DNA of 62,069 nucleotides. Origin: Acidobacteriota bacterium (lineage in GTDB: Bacteria > Patescibacteriota > Saccharimonadia > Saccharimonadales > Saccharimonadaceae). The stretch spans positions 1-62,069 of the forward strand of contig JBLMYW010000027.1 in NCBI GenBank assembly GCA_050258515.1. Direction: 5' to 3'. The position numbers were made by a program, and so were the translations under genes. Positions within the stretch are counted from its first letter, which is position 1. Every line of letters starts with the position of its first letter. The notes below the pieces were generated by a model, which had not been told where the DNA came from, ran no database searches, and was given only the letters and a program-made list of their open reading frames with translations. Positions 31,323 to 41,084 of this stretch are shown piece after piece.

Positions 31323-32954
31323 TTACCTGCGTCTCCCGAACACTATTGTCGAAACGCGCGCCACCACCGGCTCTGCTTCATCTAATTTCAACTTTTTACT
31401 CACTATTACATACACGATAAAGCTTACTGTCGTAATCACAACAAACTTAGGTAGCGTCGCCAAGAGACCTTGGTCGTCGGCGCGCAGCTGCAAGAATTGC
31501 AGTGTCACATATGTTACCACTGCCATAATAGCACTGGCAATGAGCATTTTACCCACCGCTATGCGGAAATACTTGTTAAATATACCTGGGGTTTTGCGCT
31601 GCAATACAGCAAACAGTATGGCTACTTCTACTACTGCTACGATAGACTGCGCCCAAGCCAGCCCATACGGGCCCCAGCCAAACTGCATTGAAAAGAGCAC
31701 TGCCAGTACGATATTTAACGTAATCGTAAACAGCGATATGTATAGCGGTGTTTTGGTATCTTGCTGGGCATAAAACGTCCGTGCTGCAATATGGTAAACG
31801 GTACGAAAGAGTATCGATACGACAAGCGCGCCCAAGAGCCCCGCAATCAACACATTACCACCCTCTTTAATAAACGTTGCGATATAGCCGCGAGCAAAAA
31901 ATGTTACGACGGCGATCGGCAGCGCCAGCCAAATAATCCAGCGGAGCACCTGGCGTAACTCTTGCTTAAACAAGTCTACTCTGCCCTCGGCTAGCCGCTC
32001 CGTCATACTTGGGAACGCTGCATTACTAATTGCTACGCCAATTAAATTTACCGGCATCAGGCTCAGTGCCGACGCCTGCTGGTACGCACGCATTACGCCA
32101 TCACCCATGCGCGATGCCAGGTTCATTTCTACAATACCGTTTACATAGTCAATCCCTTGGTCAAGCGAACGCGGCGGCAGCAACCGTAGCACCTGCCGAA
32201 ATCCTTTATTGCGCCAATTGATCTTCATGCGGTAGTCAAAGCCAAGGCCCACGAGGCCAATCGAGCTCACAATCAGCTGCAGCATAGCACCTAGTACCAC
32301 GCCTAGCGCCACACCCATGATGCCGCCTTCAAACACTTGCCAGCCGAATATTGTAATACCGCCTGTAAAATATTTAGCGCCGATAATAATACCTAAATTG
32401 TAAATGGTTGGTGCTAGCGCCAAGAAGGTAAAGCGCCCTACCGCCTGCTGCATGCTGGCTACTACGGTGGCGACAGCAAAAAGGAATGGATTTACCGCGA
32501 TAATGCGCATCATGCTAATGGCCAAGCTGCGTCCCTGCTCGTCGAGCCCGGGCCCCACAATATAGCGCACCAATGGGTCGGCAAAGATAATAATTAAAAT
32601 ACTAGCAACAAGCGTCAATACAGCCAAGAAATTCACCAGGCTGGAGCTTAACTCCCAAGCCGACTTTTTATTACCACCAGCCAAGCGCTGATTAAATACC
32701 GGGATGAATGATACGCTCAGTGCACCTGATACCAGTATAAAAAACATGAAGTCTGGTATGGTAAAGGCCGCCGTATACGCATCAATCCCTGCGGGGTAAT
32801 TATCCAGGTATAAGCCGTTCAGCAAACGGTCACGGTAAATACCGAGCAGGCTCGAAATCAACGTCGAACCCGACAGCAGCAAAGCTGCCCACTGAATGGA
32901 CAGCTTGCTATTGGCTAAGGCTACAACGGAGCGAACCCTGCTAGGACTAGCCAT
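31323..32954 (-). CDS. murJ: Lipid II flippase MurJ/MviN
   Basis: AFTIPD, GALSVSFIPVF and FYAQQDTKTP motifs; many TM segments. Confidence 0.93.
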   Translation of the reverse strand: MASPSRVRSVVALANSKLSIQWAALLLSGSTLISSLLGIYRDRLLNGLYLDNYPAGIDAYTAAFTIPDFMFFILVSGALSVSFIPVFNQRLAGGNKKSAWELSSSLVNFLAVLTLVASILIIIFADPLVRYIVGPGLDEQGRSLAISMMRIIAVNPFLFAVATVVASMQQAVGRFTFLALAPTIYNLGIIIGAKYFTGGITIFGWQVFEGGIMGVALGVVLGAMLQLIVSSIGLVGLGFDYRMKINWRNKGFRQVLRLLPPRSLDQGIDYVNGIVEMNLASRMGDGVMRAYQQASALSLMPVNLIGVAISNAAFPSMTERLAEGRVDLFKQELRQVLRWIIWLALPIAVVTFFARGYIATFIKEGGNVLIAGLLGALVVSILFRTVYHIAARTFYAQQDTKTPLYISLFTITLNIVLAVLFSMQFGWGPYGLAWAQSIVAVVEVAILFAVLQRKTPGIFNKYFRIAVGKMLIASAIMAVVTYVTLQFLQLRADDQGLLATLPKFVVITTVSFIVYVIVSKKLKLDEAEPVVARVSTIVFGRRR

Positions 32955-32961
32955 AGTGCTC

Positions 32962-34836
32962 CTATGCTGCGTGCAGCATCGCTTCCTTTGGCAAAATTGC
33001 TTCGGCCATTATTTCAGCCGCTTCGTCTTCTTCCAGCGTTTCTTTTTCTAGCAGTGCATCCTTCAGCTTATCAAGTACGGTGCGGTTCTGCTGCAGTACT
33101 GCTTCGGCACGCTCAGCCGCTTCTTTTATCAGCTGCGCGACTTCTTTATCGATCTCCTGGGCGGTTGCATCGCTGTATGGGCGCTCATGGGTGATTTTAT
33201 CAAATACCATGCCGCCATTATCTTCATGGAATACTTGGTCGCGTAGCTTGGTGCCCATACCCTGCTCTATCACCATGTCACGGGCAATTTCGGTTGCCTT
33301 ACGGAGGTCTGAGCCAGCACCAGTTGTAATGCCATCGTTACCATACAACAGCTTTTCGGCAATACGGCCGCCCATTGCGCGGGCCAGGATATCCTTAAAC
33401 TCATACACATTAGTGTAGCTTTTATCCTCTGGCGGCAAGAACCATGTCACACCGCCGGTACCACCGCGCGGAATAATAGTCACCTTATGAACTGGGTCGC
33501 TATCAGGGAGCACGTGGCCCACAATCGCGTGGCCGGCCTCGTGATAGGCAGTCATTTCCTTTTCTTTTTCGCTCATTACCTTAGCTTTGCGCTCAGGGCC
33601 AATAGCAACTTTCTCAAACGCCTCTGTCAAATCTGCGTTACTGATGCGCTTGGCATTGCGACGAGCCGCAATAATCGCTGCTTCGTTGGCGATATTCGCA
33701 AGGTCGGCACCGCTTGATCCAGCCGTTTTTGCGGCCAGCTTATCAAGATTGACGCTATCGTCAGTCGGCTTATTCTTAAAATGCACCTTCAAGATCGCTT
33801 CACGGTCTTTGCGTTCTGGCAGCATGATGTTCGTGCGGCGGTCAAAGCGGCCGGGGCGGAGCAGGGCAGGGTCGAGTACATCAGCACGGTTAGTGGCCGC
33901 TAATATAATAACGTTCGTACCACTCTCGAATCCGTCCATTTCTACCAAAATCTGGTTCAGCGTTTGCTCACGCTCGTCGTGGCCGCCGCCCATGCCACTG
34001 CCGCGCTTGCGTCCTACGGCATCGATTTCGTCAATGAAGATAATCGCTGGGGCGTTCTTCTTCGCCTTCGCAAACAAATCACGCACACGACTTGCGCCCA
34101 CACCCACAAACATTTCTACAAATTCTGAACCGCTGATGCTAAAGAATGGCACATTGGCTTCACCTGCGACGGCACGCGCTAGCATCGTTTTACCAGTACC
34201 CGGGTTACCTACTAGTAGTACACCCTTCGGGATTTTCGCACCCAGAGTTTCATACTTTTTTGGATGCTTCAAAAAGTCAACCACTTCTTCTAGATCTTGC
34301 TTAGCACTATCGTTGCCAGCAATATCGGTGAAGGTGACTCGCTCTTTATCAATACCATATAGCTTTGCCTTGCTTTTGCCGAAGTTCATCGCCTGGCTAT
34401 TCTGCCCTTGGGCCTGGCGCATCATCAGCATAAAGAACCCAGCAATCAGCAATACGGGCACTACAATGGTAGCAACATTCCAAAACGCCGCGCTCGTTTC
34501 ACTTGGCGCCTTATCAGAAATAATCTTTTTACCCTGCTCGTTCAGCAAATCATCTTTCAAAAGCGCACTTACGCCGCCCTGAATGTATGATTTTTGCGTC
34601 GGCTTATCTTTGCCCTTTTCGGTAAGCGTTAGGTTATCACCCTGGCCTTCAACTTTCGCCAGCTTACCAGCATTTGCCTCGGTGATTACCTGTGCAATTG
34701 GTACTTCCTTTAGTTTTTCCTGTGGCGTCATGTACGCCCAGCCAGCTAGGCTTGCCAGTATAACAATTGCCCAGAAAAGCCCTAGGCGGATAGAATTACC
34801 AAGTGTCCGTTTGGGTTGTTTTTGTCGTTTCGGCAT
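32962..34836 (-). CDS. ftsH: ATP-dependent zinc metalloprotease FtsH
   Basis: [22 protein letters not shown] and HEAGH motifs. Confidence 0.98.
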   Translation of the reverse strand: MPKRQKQPKRTLGNSIRLGLFWAIVILASLAGWAYMTPQEKLKEVPIAQVITEANAGKLAKVEGQGDNLTLTEKGKDKPTQKSYIQGGVSALLKDDLLNEQGKKIISDKAPSETSAAFWNVATIVVPVLLIAGFFMLMMRQAQGQNSQAMNFGKSKAKLYGIDKERVTFTDIAGNDSAKQDLEEVVDFLKHPKKYETLGAKIPKGVLLVGNPGTGKTMLARAVAGEANVPFFSISGSEFVEMFVGVGASRVRDLFAKAKKNAPAIIFIDEIDAVGRKRGSGMGGGHDEREQTLNQILVEMDGFESGTNVIILAATNRADVLDPALLRPGRFDRRTNIMLPERKDREAILKVHFKNKPTDDSVNLDKLAAKTAGSSGADLANIANEAAIIAARRNAKRISNADLTEAFEKVAIGPERKAKVMSEKEKEMTAYHEAGHAIVGHVLPDSDPVHKVTIIPRGGTGGVTWFLPPEDKSYTNVYEFKDILARAMGGRIAEKLLYGNDGITTGAGSDLRKATEIARDMVIEQGMGTKLRDQVFHEDNGGMVFDKITHERPYSDATAQEIDKEVAQLIKEAAERAEAVLQQNRTVLDKLKDALLEKETLEEDEAAEIMAEAILPKEAMLHAA

Positions 34837-34892
34837 TAAATAATCATCCTTTCGTCGCGTGATCTATAAAATAAGGGAATACTATCTCTATA

Positions 34893-35729
34893 TCATACCA
34901 CTGATACGGTGTAGTTGCGAGTAGTAAAATGCAAAACAACGCCCCCGCCCAGCTGAAGCACCGTACCTTTTTTGGCCGTTTTTATTGCCAGCAGTGCCCG
35001 CACCAGCTGCGGACGAGTGGGGCGCACCCCCGCTGCATGCTTGATGGTAGCACCGAGCAGTTCTACCGCCACTTCAGTATCCATCGCAATCAAAGCATGG
35101 CGCGAGTTAGTGTATTTTTGACACAATCTATCAACTTCTCTGGTAATCTCTCGCCGCAGTTGCAATTGCCTTGCCCGCAGCGCCAGCAGCGCCCCTTCGT
35201 CTACCTTTGCCGTCGCCAAGCGTGCCCGTAAGCGATTGCGGGTATACTTATCGCTGCGATTCGTCGCATCCTCCACCCACTCTAGGCCATGGGCGAGTGC
35301 ATAGCTGTACAGCTGCGCCTTATGCAGCGCCAGCAGTGGGCGCGTCACTTCCGCCCTATCCATCACTGCCAAGCCACGCCACCCGGTGCCACGCTCTAGG
35401 TTCAGCGCAATCGTTTCTACCACGTCATCGGCATGATGTGCCGTAGCGACGCTTGCCCCAAACTTTTTTGCCTGAGCGAATAAAAAAGCATACCGCCCGT
35501 GCCGCGCTTGCTCTTCGCTCGCCTTCGCCCCCAGCGCTAGCTGCGTGCTCACGTAAGGCAATTGATATTTTTTCGCCAGTGCCCGCACAAATCGCGCATC
35601 AGCCGCGCTCTCCTCGCCCCGAATGCCATGGTCCACATGGGCAACAACCAGCTTGTGGCTCGTATGCGTCAGCATATCTAATAACACTACACTGTCCACT
35701 CCGCCACTCACTGCCACAAGATACTTCAT
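34893..35729 (-). CDS. tilS: tRNA(Ile)-lysidine synthase (short form)
   Basis: AVSGGVDS, HVDHGIR, TAHHADD and RNRLR motifs. Confidence 0.93.
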   Translation of the reverse strand: MKYLVAVSGGVDSVVLLDMLTHTSHKLVVAHVDHGIRGEESAADARFVRALAKKYQLPYVSTQLALGAKASEEQARHGRYAFLFAQAKKFGASVATAHHADDVVETIALNLERGTGWRGLAVMDRAEVTRPLLALHKAQLYSYALAHGLEWVEDATNRSDKYTRNRLRARLATAKVDEGALLALRARQLQLRREITREVDRLCQKYTNSRHALIAMDTEVAVELLGATIKHAAGVRPTRPQLVRALLAIKTAKKGTVLQLGGGVVLHFTTRNYTVSVV

Positions 35730-35738
35730 ATATCTATT

Positions 35739-36968
35739 CTACATGTACCGCGTGCTACCGAACGGAATTTTTGTCTTCACCACGCCCTTCATGCCCGTCG
35801 TGCTGCCCGAGTGGATGGTACGCTCGCCCCAACGGGCGTTAATTTCATCAATTGCCCACGTAACGTGCCGTTCGCGCGCCAGCTCGTCGCCGAAGAGGCT
35901 GAGCTGGCTGGTAGCGTCATCGTGCAAATGGTAGCACGTCACTGCTATCATGCTGATATCCTCTGGCGCTCCCACGAATAACTTTTTGGCAATCGCCCAG
36001 ATGGCCGCGTCACTATAAAAGGGCAGGGGAGCGAGGTAGTGCGCCTGCCAGCTTTGCCTACTATACGTCCGAGCATATAATTTTACTCCCCTGGCCGCCT
36101 TATTATTATGCCGCAGCTTTGCCCCCACACCTTCTACGAGCGCATGCAGCCTGGCCACTTTTTCTTGGTGCGTCAGCTTCGGGCTGTCCAGCACATATTG
36201 CCGCCCGCAGCTTTTTAAGTCATGGTCAATATCGTCGACTTCCCAGCCGCGCAAACGCTGGTGCCACTGCTCGCCGCAAATGCTCTTAAACGCTATGTGC
36301 AGATTTTCAGCACTGGAATCCAGCATATCAAGTGGGGTATATATGCCTACGGCGTTCAGCCGATGCTCGTTGGCCCAAGCAATCCCAGTTAGATCTTTTA
36401 GCTGCAGCCCAGCAAATACCTCGCGAATATTGTGCGACGTTAAAACATCCAGTCCGTCGGGTTTATGTAAGCTGGCTGCCATCTTGGCTAAAAACCGATT
36501 AGTGCTGATGCCGACATTACACTTCATCCAGCAGCCAATCTCTTCACGCAGTCGCCGCTTGATTTCGTACCCTACTTCCACTAAATCTCTACTACGGATG
36601 TTCTCGGGCGCTTGGGAAAAATCGATCACCCCTTCATCAATACTCTTCATGCGCACGTGCGGGCTGTAGTCGTTCATAATTGCCATCAGTTTATGGTACA
36701 CATAGCGATATTTTACTGGATCGCTTTCGATTCCCACCAGCTCCGGGCATAGCTTTTTCGCATCACGTAGCCGCATCCCCAGCTTCACGCCCATTGCCTT
36801 TGCCTCGTAGCTCGCCGTCACGATCATGGTGTGCTCCGTCCGCCGGTTCACGATCGCCACTGGCCGCCCGCGTAGCATCGGCCGAGCCTGCTGCTCGACC
36901 GTCGCGAAACAACTATTCAAGTCAATATGCATGATCAGCGGGCGAGTGGTATTGGGCTCCTGCCTCAT
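35739..36968 (-). CDS. dinB: Y-family DNA polymerase (DinB/UmuC-like)
   Basis: HIDLNSCFATVE, ASYEAK, SIDE and LAKMAA..KPDG motifs. Confidence 0.9.
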   Translation of the reverse strand: MRQEPNTTRPLIMHIDLNSCFATVEQQARPMLRGRPVAIVNRRTEHTMIVTASYEAKAMGVKLGMRLRDAKKLCPELVGIESDPVKYRYVYHKLMAIMNDYSPHVRMKSIDEGVIDFSQAPENIRSRDLVEVGYEIKRRLREEIGCWMKCNVGISTNRFLAKMAASLHKPDGLDVLTSHNIREVFAGLQLKDLTGIAWANEHRLNAVGIYTPLDMLDSSAENLHIAFKSICGEQWHQRLRGWEVDDIDHDLKSCGRQYVLDSPKLTHQEKVARLHALVEGVGAKLRHNNKAARGVKLYARTYSRQSWQAHYLAPLPFYSDAAIWAIAKKLFVGAPEDISMIAVTCYHLHDDATSQLSLFGDELARERHVTWAIDEINARWGERTIHSGSTTGMKGVVKTKIPFGSTRYM

Positions 36969-37228
36969 AGCCTGTCTCCTTCCATTGTCAGCCGCCAGGT
37001 TAGCCGCTCGCTATCAAACTCCAGCCGGTAGTCCGCCTCTCCATCAGTTACATCAAACATATGTACCGTTTTACGGCCGGCCGCCACAGGCGTGCGCAAT
37101 CCTAGTTCTGTGACTACTATTTCCCTGCCGTTTTTACGCCGGAACTTTACCGGCACGCATGGCTGGGTACTAGCACCAAATCGCGCTACTACGTCTACAC
37201 GCTCGTTCAAAAAGAGTTCATCATTCAT
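36965..37228 (-). CDS. Small hypothetical protein translationally coupled to the Y-family polymerase
   Basis: ATGA-type overlap; FDV.DG...YRLEFD...LTWRL. Confidence 0.7.
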   Translation of the reverse strand: MNDELFLNERVDVVARFGASTQPCVPVKFRRKNGREIVVTELGLRTPVAAGRKTVHMFDVTDGEADYRLEFDSERLTWRLTMEGDRL

Positions 37229-37414
37229 TTAGAAAATACCTCGATTATAGTTGTTCGAGAAACGATTTTCTAATTGTTCGCCCGTTTACTTAGCCCGTTC
37301 CTAGCTAGCACCCGAAGACGATGAATGAGGCTACGATGAGGGACGCTTGCTTATAAAAAAGTAGTGAGTATCATCTGCCGATACTCACTATTTTACGCGC
37401 TTTATAGCAAAAAG

Positions 37415-37966
37415 TTAAGCGTCTTTGGTGGGCTTTGGCGGCACTACCGTTGCTTCAGTAGCCACTTTGGCGCCAACATAGTGCACTCGGAGCTCAAACA
37501 GCACGTAAAAGCTAATCGCTGCACCGACAGCCGTCCAGAATATGCCGGTGACGACACCAAATGGATTACCCCCAACAAACGCACCCACAAGCAGACTTAC
37601 CAGCCCGCCAGCGATACCCACAAGCGAAGTCAGGAATAGCAAGTTCCAGCCGCGCTTTTGCTTGTCCTTTAGTGGCTGGATGGCCATCGCTTCCAGCACT
37701 ATTGTTGCCGCCATCACCAGTAAGCTAATGGTGCTCGACAAAAACAATGCTCCTCCCATAGCAGCGCCCACAAGCGCGCCCACCAATAGTGAGCCAGCCA
37801 ACATTGTTGCAATCGTACCCAGTACAGCAAACACGCCCAGCGCCACGCCGATGATTACCAGCCACCAAGCATTCTCTACTAGCCACTTGGTAAGGCCTTT
37901 CGGCAAATGTGGCAAATCTTTATGTACTTTTGCTATCGCATCTTCTAGTGGTGCTAGTTGTTGCAT
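37415..37966 (-). CDS. Membrane protein
   Basis: GGAGG RBS; LPHLP...WLV...WW motif, four hydrophobic segments, YVLFELR. Confidence 0.8.
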   Translation of the reverse strand: MQQLAPLEDAIAKVHKDLPHLPKGLTKWLVENAWWLVIIGVALGVFAVLGTIATMLAGSLLVGALVGAAMGGALFLSSTISLLVMAATIVLEAMAIQPLKDKQKRGWNLLFLTSLVGIAGGLVSLLVGAFVGGNPFGVVTGIFWTAVGAAISFYVLFELRVHYVGAKVATEATVVPPKPTKDA

Positions 37967-38338
37967 TACTTATATCCTCCGTTATGTCTACTTTTATACT
38001 ACGCTTTCTCAGTATTTTTACAATATAATTTAATTGGCTCGTTACTGGAAATTCTACTTCACCTCTGCTATAATATGCTTTGTTCTCAGCGCCGCAGGCG
38101 ACACAATTTGTTGAACTTGTTTGACAAATTGAGAGGAAAAACGACGGGACAGCGAGGCTTTAGCGCTTTTTCTTTAGAAATAAGCGATGAAGCGGAGCAG
38201 TCAAAGTCTGTTTTGACGAGGCAGCGTAGCTCAGTTGGAGAGCCTTCAGCGATAAAAATAGCGATCGCTCTAAGCAACTGTTACGAAATCTATCGTAACT
38301 GCGCCAAGTTTGCACCTTTCACAAAGTTTACTTTACAC

Positions 38339-38415
38339 GGCAGCGTAGCTCAGTTGGTTAGAGCGCGAGACTCATAAGCTCGAGGTCACAGGATCATTCC
38401 CTGTCGCTGCTACCA
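38339..38415 (+). tRNA. tRNA-Met (CAT), probably elongator; atypical T-loop
   Basis: GGCAGCG/CGCTGCT acceptor, CTCATAA loop, ACAGG-ATCATTC-CCTGT T arm, CCA. Confidence 0.85.
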
Positions 38416-38455
38416 AAGAAAAATGACCACTGAAGAGTGGTCGTTTTTCTTTTGG
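38416..38455 (+). terminator. Intrinsic terminator after tRNA
   Basis: AAGAAAAATGACCACT-gaag-AGTGGTCGTTTTTCTT. Confidence 0.8.
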
Positions 38456-38497
38456 TTTATATAATCCTGTGAGCCTAAGTCGCAGTAATTGCTCTGG

Positions 38498-39757
38498 CTA
38501 ATTGGTTATTGCACTTAGATCATCCATAGGTTTGATACTGCCATAGCCACTATCGGCATACAGGTTGTAACAAACATCTCCGGCAGGATGAGCGCTAATG
38601 CTCGAGACGTAATTATACCGATAATCGAGTGCCGTACCGACGCTATCACCCTTGGTATATACATTGCGTTCGCTGTAGTTGTAGCGATCTTTCCTTTCAG
38701 TTTTATAACTTGTACACAGCTGGTAATAAAAGCGCTTGGTACTACTCGAGTCAGTACTGCTATCTGGACTGCATACGCCGGCCGTTGGACTATCTACACA
38801 CAACTGCGTGCGGATATCGCTCGGGTCATAGCTGCTGTTACTGCTTGGCAGTGTATTAGCCTTGTAAGTTACTAGTTTGCTATCAATCAACTTTTGTACG
38901 GCGCTCGCCGAATACGATGATTCGCCATATGTTACATCAGATAGAGAGGCCGGCAGCTTGTTATTCTCGCTTACATAATTACGGATATCACCCGACAGCG
39001 ATGGCAGCGCCTGCTCAATCAGCCGATCATCCTTAGTGCGAACCGCCTCTACCGCTGGCCCGGCTATGCCAGCAACAATAAACCCAGCGGCAACCGCAAC
39101 AAATGCCAGTTTTGCCATCAATCTAATGCGTGGCTTGCTGCCAAAGAAGGCCCGTACCGCCGCTAAGCCCAGCAACACCACCACGACAAGTGCTACCAGC
39201 ATTATTTGCAGTGGCCCATCAGTATCGGTAATTGGGTCACTATTCAGAAGCATATTTATCAGTGCAAACACGATAGTCACCAACGCACCAATCGCCACCA
39301 GCACAAATGGCACCACATGCAGCAACATAATGACATTCGCGCCGCCGGTCTTCTTTTCGGGTTCATGCTTGGCATAAAAGAAATCAGCTACCAAGGCAAT
39401 AAGTAGGGTAATGATTACTGATGCCAACGGGTAGGCAAGCTGGCTGCCCCATTCACTGTAACTGGTGCTACCAGCCACAAAAAAGTTAATCACCACACCG
39501 GCGAGCCAGCTGGTAGACACGGCAAACCAAAACCAAAAAGCATAGGTGAGCCACTGCAACACCAATACACCACCGCTACTACTCTGCCCTTTTTGTGCGG
39601 CCTGCGGTGGGGCAGGGGGAGTAGCTATAACTTCTTCCTTCGTTGGCGCCCCAGATCCAGCAGTAGGCGACGTAGACACGGTAGGCACATCACTATCTGG
39701 TTCTAATAAATGCTCTGCATCCGTGATGGGTATGCTCTTTTTCTCGGGTTCATTCAT
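38498..39757 (-). CDS. Membrane protein with extracellular C-terminal domain
   Basis: LQWLTYAFW, 5-6 TM segments, then YVSENNKLP.SL and YQLCTSY pilin-like domain motifs. Confidence 0.75.
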   Translation of the reverse strand: MNEPEKKSIPITDAEHLLEPDSDVPTVSTSPTAGSGAPTKEEVIATPPAPPQAAQKGQSSSGGVLVLQWLTYAFWFWFAVSTSWLAGVVINFFVAGSTSYSEWGSQLAYPLASVIITLLIALVADFFYAKHEPEKKTGGANVIMLLHVVPFVLVAIGALVTIVFALINMLLNSDPITDTDGPLQIMLVALVVVVLLGLAAVRAFFGSKPRIRLMAKLAFVAVAAGFIVAGIAGPAVEAVRTKDDRLIEQALPSLSGDIRNYVSENNKLPASLSDVTYGESSYSASAVQKLIDSKLVTYKANTLPSSNSSYDPSDIRTQLCVDSPTAGVCSPDSSTDSSSTKRFYYQLCTSYKTERKDRYNYSERNVYTKGDSVGTALDYRYNYVSSISAHPAGDVCYNLYADSGYGSIKPMDDLSAITN

Positions 39758-39806
39758 AAGTATGCTACCTGTTTATCCTACAGGTAGTATATCATAAGCA
39801 CTTCAG

Positions 39807-39914
39807 CTAAAAATCAAAGTCTTCGATATCAATTGCATCTTCACGCATTGCGACAAATGATCGTAAGTCGGCGATACTGCGTGGGGTGTTCCAAGTTGCT
39901 AGTTCTGATTCCAT
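39807..39914 (-). CDS. Putative 35-aa small protein
   Basis: MESELATWNTPRSIADLRSFVAMREDAIDIEDFDF*; AAAGGG RBS-like element upstream; below the ORF-track cutoff. Confidence 0.45.
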   Translation of the reverse strand: MESELATWNTPRSIADLRSFVAMREDAIDIEDFDF

Positions 39915-40063
39915 TTTTTTATTGCCCTTTGTTTGTTTTTATTGGCTTATGTATTTAATATAGCACAAACTTTACAAAAAAGCAATACCTTTATAGAACT
40001 TTTTTGACCTACCCTACCCGCTTATGGTATAAATGACACTAGAGGATGTAAAGAATAACAAAC

Positions 40064-40786
40064 ATGGATACACTCACTGCACTCGCCGTCATCGCGCTCG
40101 CCGCGCTTATTCATGCTAGTTTTCAATTAAGCGTGAGTGTTGTTACGCTGCTATCTGGGCATTCTGCTGGCAAGCGCGATACCCCGCGCAAAAGCTTGCG
40201 CCTTGTAGGCGCCTTCCTGGCGGGCGTTATCACTACCACTGCCCTACTTACCTTCACTGTTTTATACCTTGTAGATACCTTGGCTATATGGCACGACAGC
40301 ATCACGGTATGGACGGTTGCCTGCGGAGTGCTTGCTGGCATAGGCCTAGTGGTATGGATATTTTACTATCGCCGCAAAGCTGGTACCCGGCTATGGATTC
40401 CGCGTGCCTTTGCCCGCTTCCTCGATAAGCGTGTTCGCTCGACCACCCTCAGCGCTGAAGCTTTCAGTCTCGGCCTCACGACCGTTATCGCTGAACTACC
40501 GTTTATTATCGCACCACTTACGGTAGCCACTTTTGCCATGCGTTCACTGCCTATGCCCCAGCAACTATACGGTGCGCTGGGTTACATAGCGGTCGCCTCG
40601 TTTAGTATCGTTGTTGTTACCATACTGATAGGCAGCGGGCATAATATCAGCCATATTCAGCGCTGGCGCGAGCACAACAAGCGCTTTTTACAGTTCGCAG
40701 CAGGCGCCGGACTGATTGTCCTAGGGTTCTTTTTGTACGTTACCCAAGTGGTTACCCCAGTGGTAGCAAGCGGAGGTGTACAGTAA
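40064..40786 (+). CDS. Multi-pass membrane protein
   Basis: About 6 TM segments; first gene of an operon. Confidence 0.75.
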   Translation: MDTLTALAVIALAALIHASFQLSVSVVTLLSGHSAGKRDTPRKSLRLVGAFLAGVITTTALLTFTVLYLVDTLAIWHDSITVWTVACGVLAGIGLVVWIFYYRRKAGTRLWIPRAFARFLDKRVRSTTLSAEAFSLGLTTVIAELPFIIAPLTVATFAMRSLPMPQQLYGALGYIAVASFSIVVVTILIGSGHNISHIQRWREHNKRFLQFAAGAGLIVLGFFLYVTQVVTPVVASGGVQ

Positions 40787-41070
40787 TGGGCCAGGCAATA
40801 GATGTCGTAAAACGCGGCGGCAAGCGAGCGTCAGAGCAGTTTAGCCGCGATAAATTGCATGCTAGTATCTACGCCACCTGCCTCAGCGTGCGCAGTTTTG
40901 ATGGCCACGCCAGCGATACTGCCGACCACGTGTGCAATATCGTACTATCCTGGACTGATAATAAACCCGAGATAACCAGTGCCGACATCCGTCAGCAGGC
41001 CGCCAGAGCGCTTGAAAAAGTTCACCCCGATGCCGCCTACCTATACAAACACCACAAGCAGATCATATAA
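40786..41070 (+). CDS. Stand-alone ATP-cone domain protein
   Basis: VVKRGG....E.F.RDKL and ITSADIR......L......AA..Y. Confidence 0.8.
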   Translation: MGQAIDVVKRGGKRASEQFSRDKLHASIYATCLSVRSFDGHASDTADHVCNIVLSWTDNKPEITSADIRQQAARALEKVHPDAAYLYKHHKQII

Positions 41071-41084
41071 GGAGACTTCTACCT

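Noticed and set aside
37958-38377. 139-aa ORF upstream of tRNA-Met
   Set aside because: It runs through promoter and hairpin sequence into the tRNA; not protein-like
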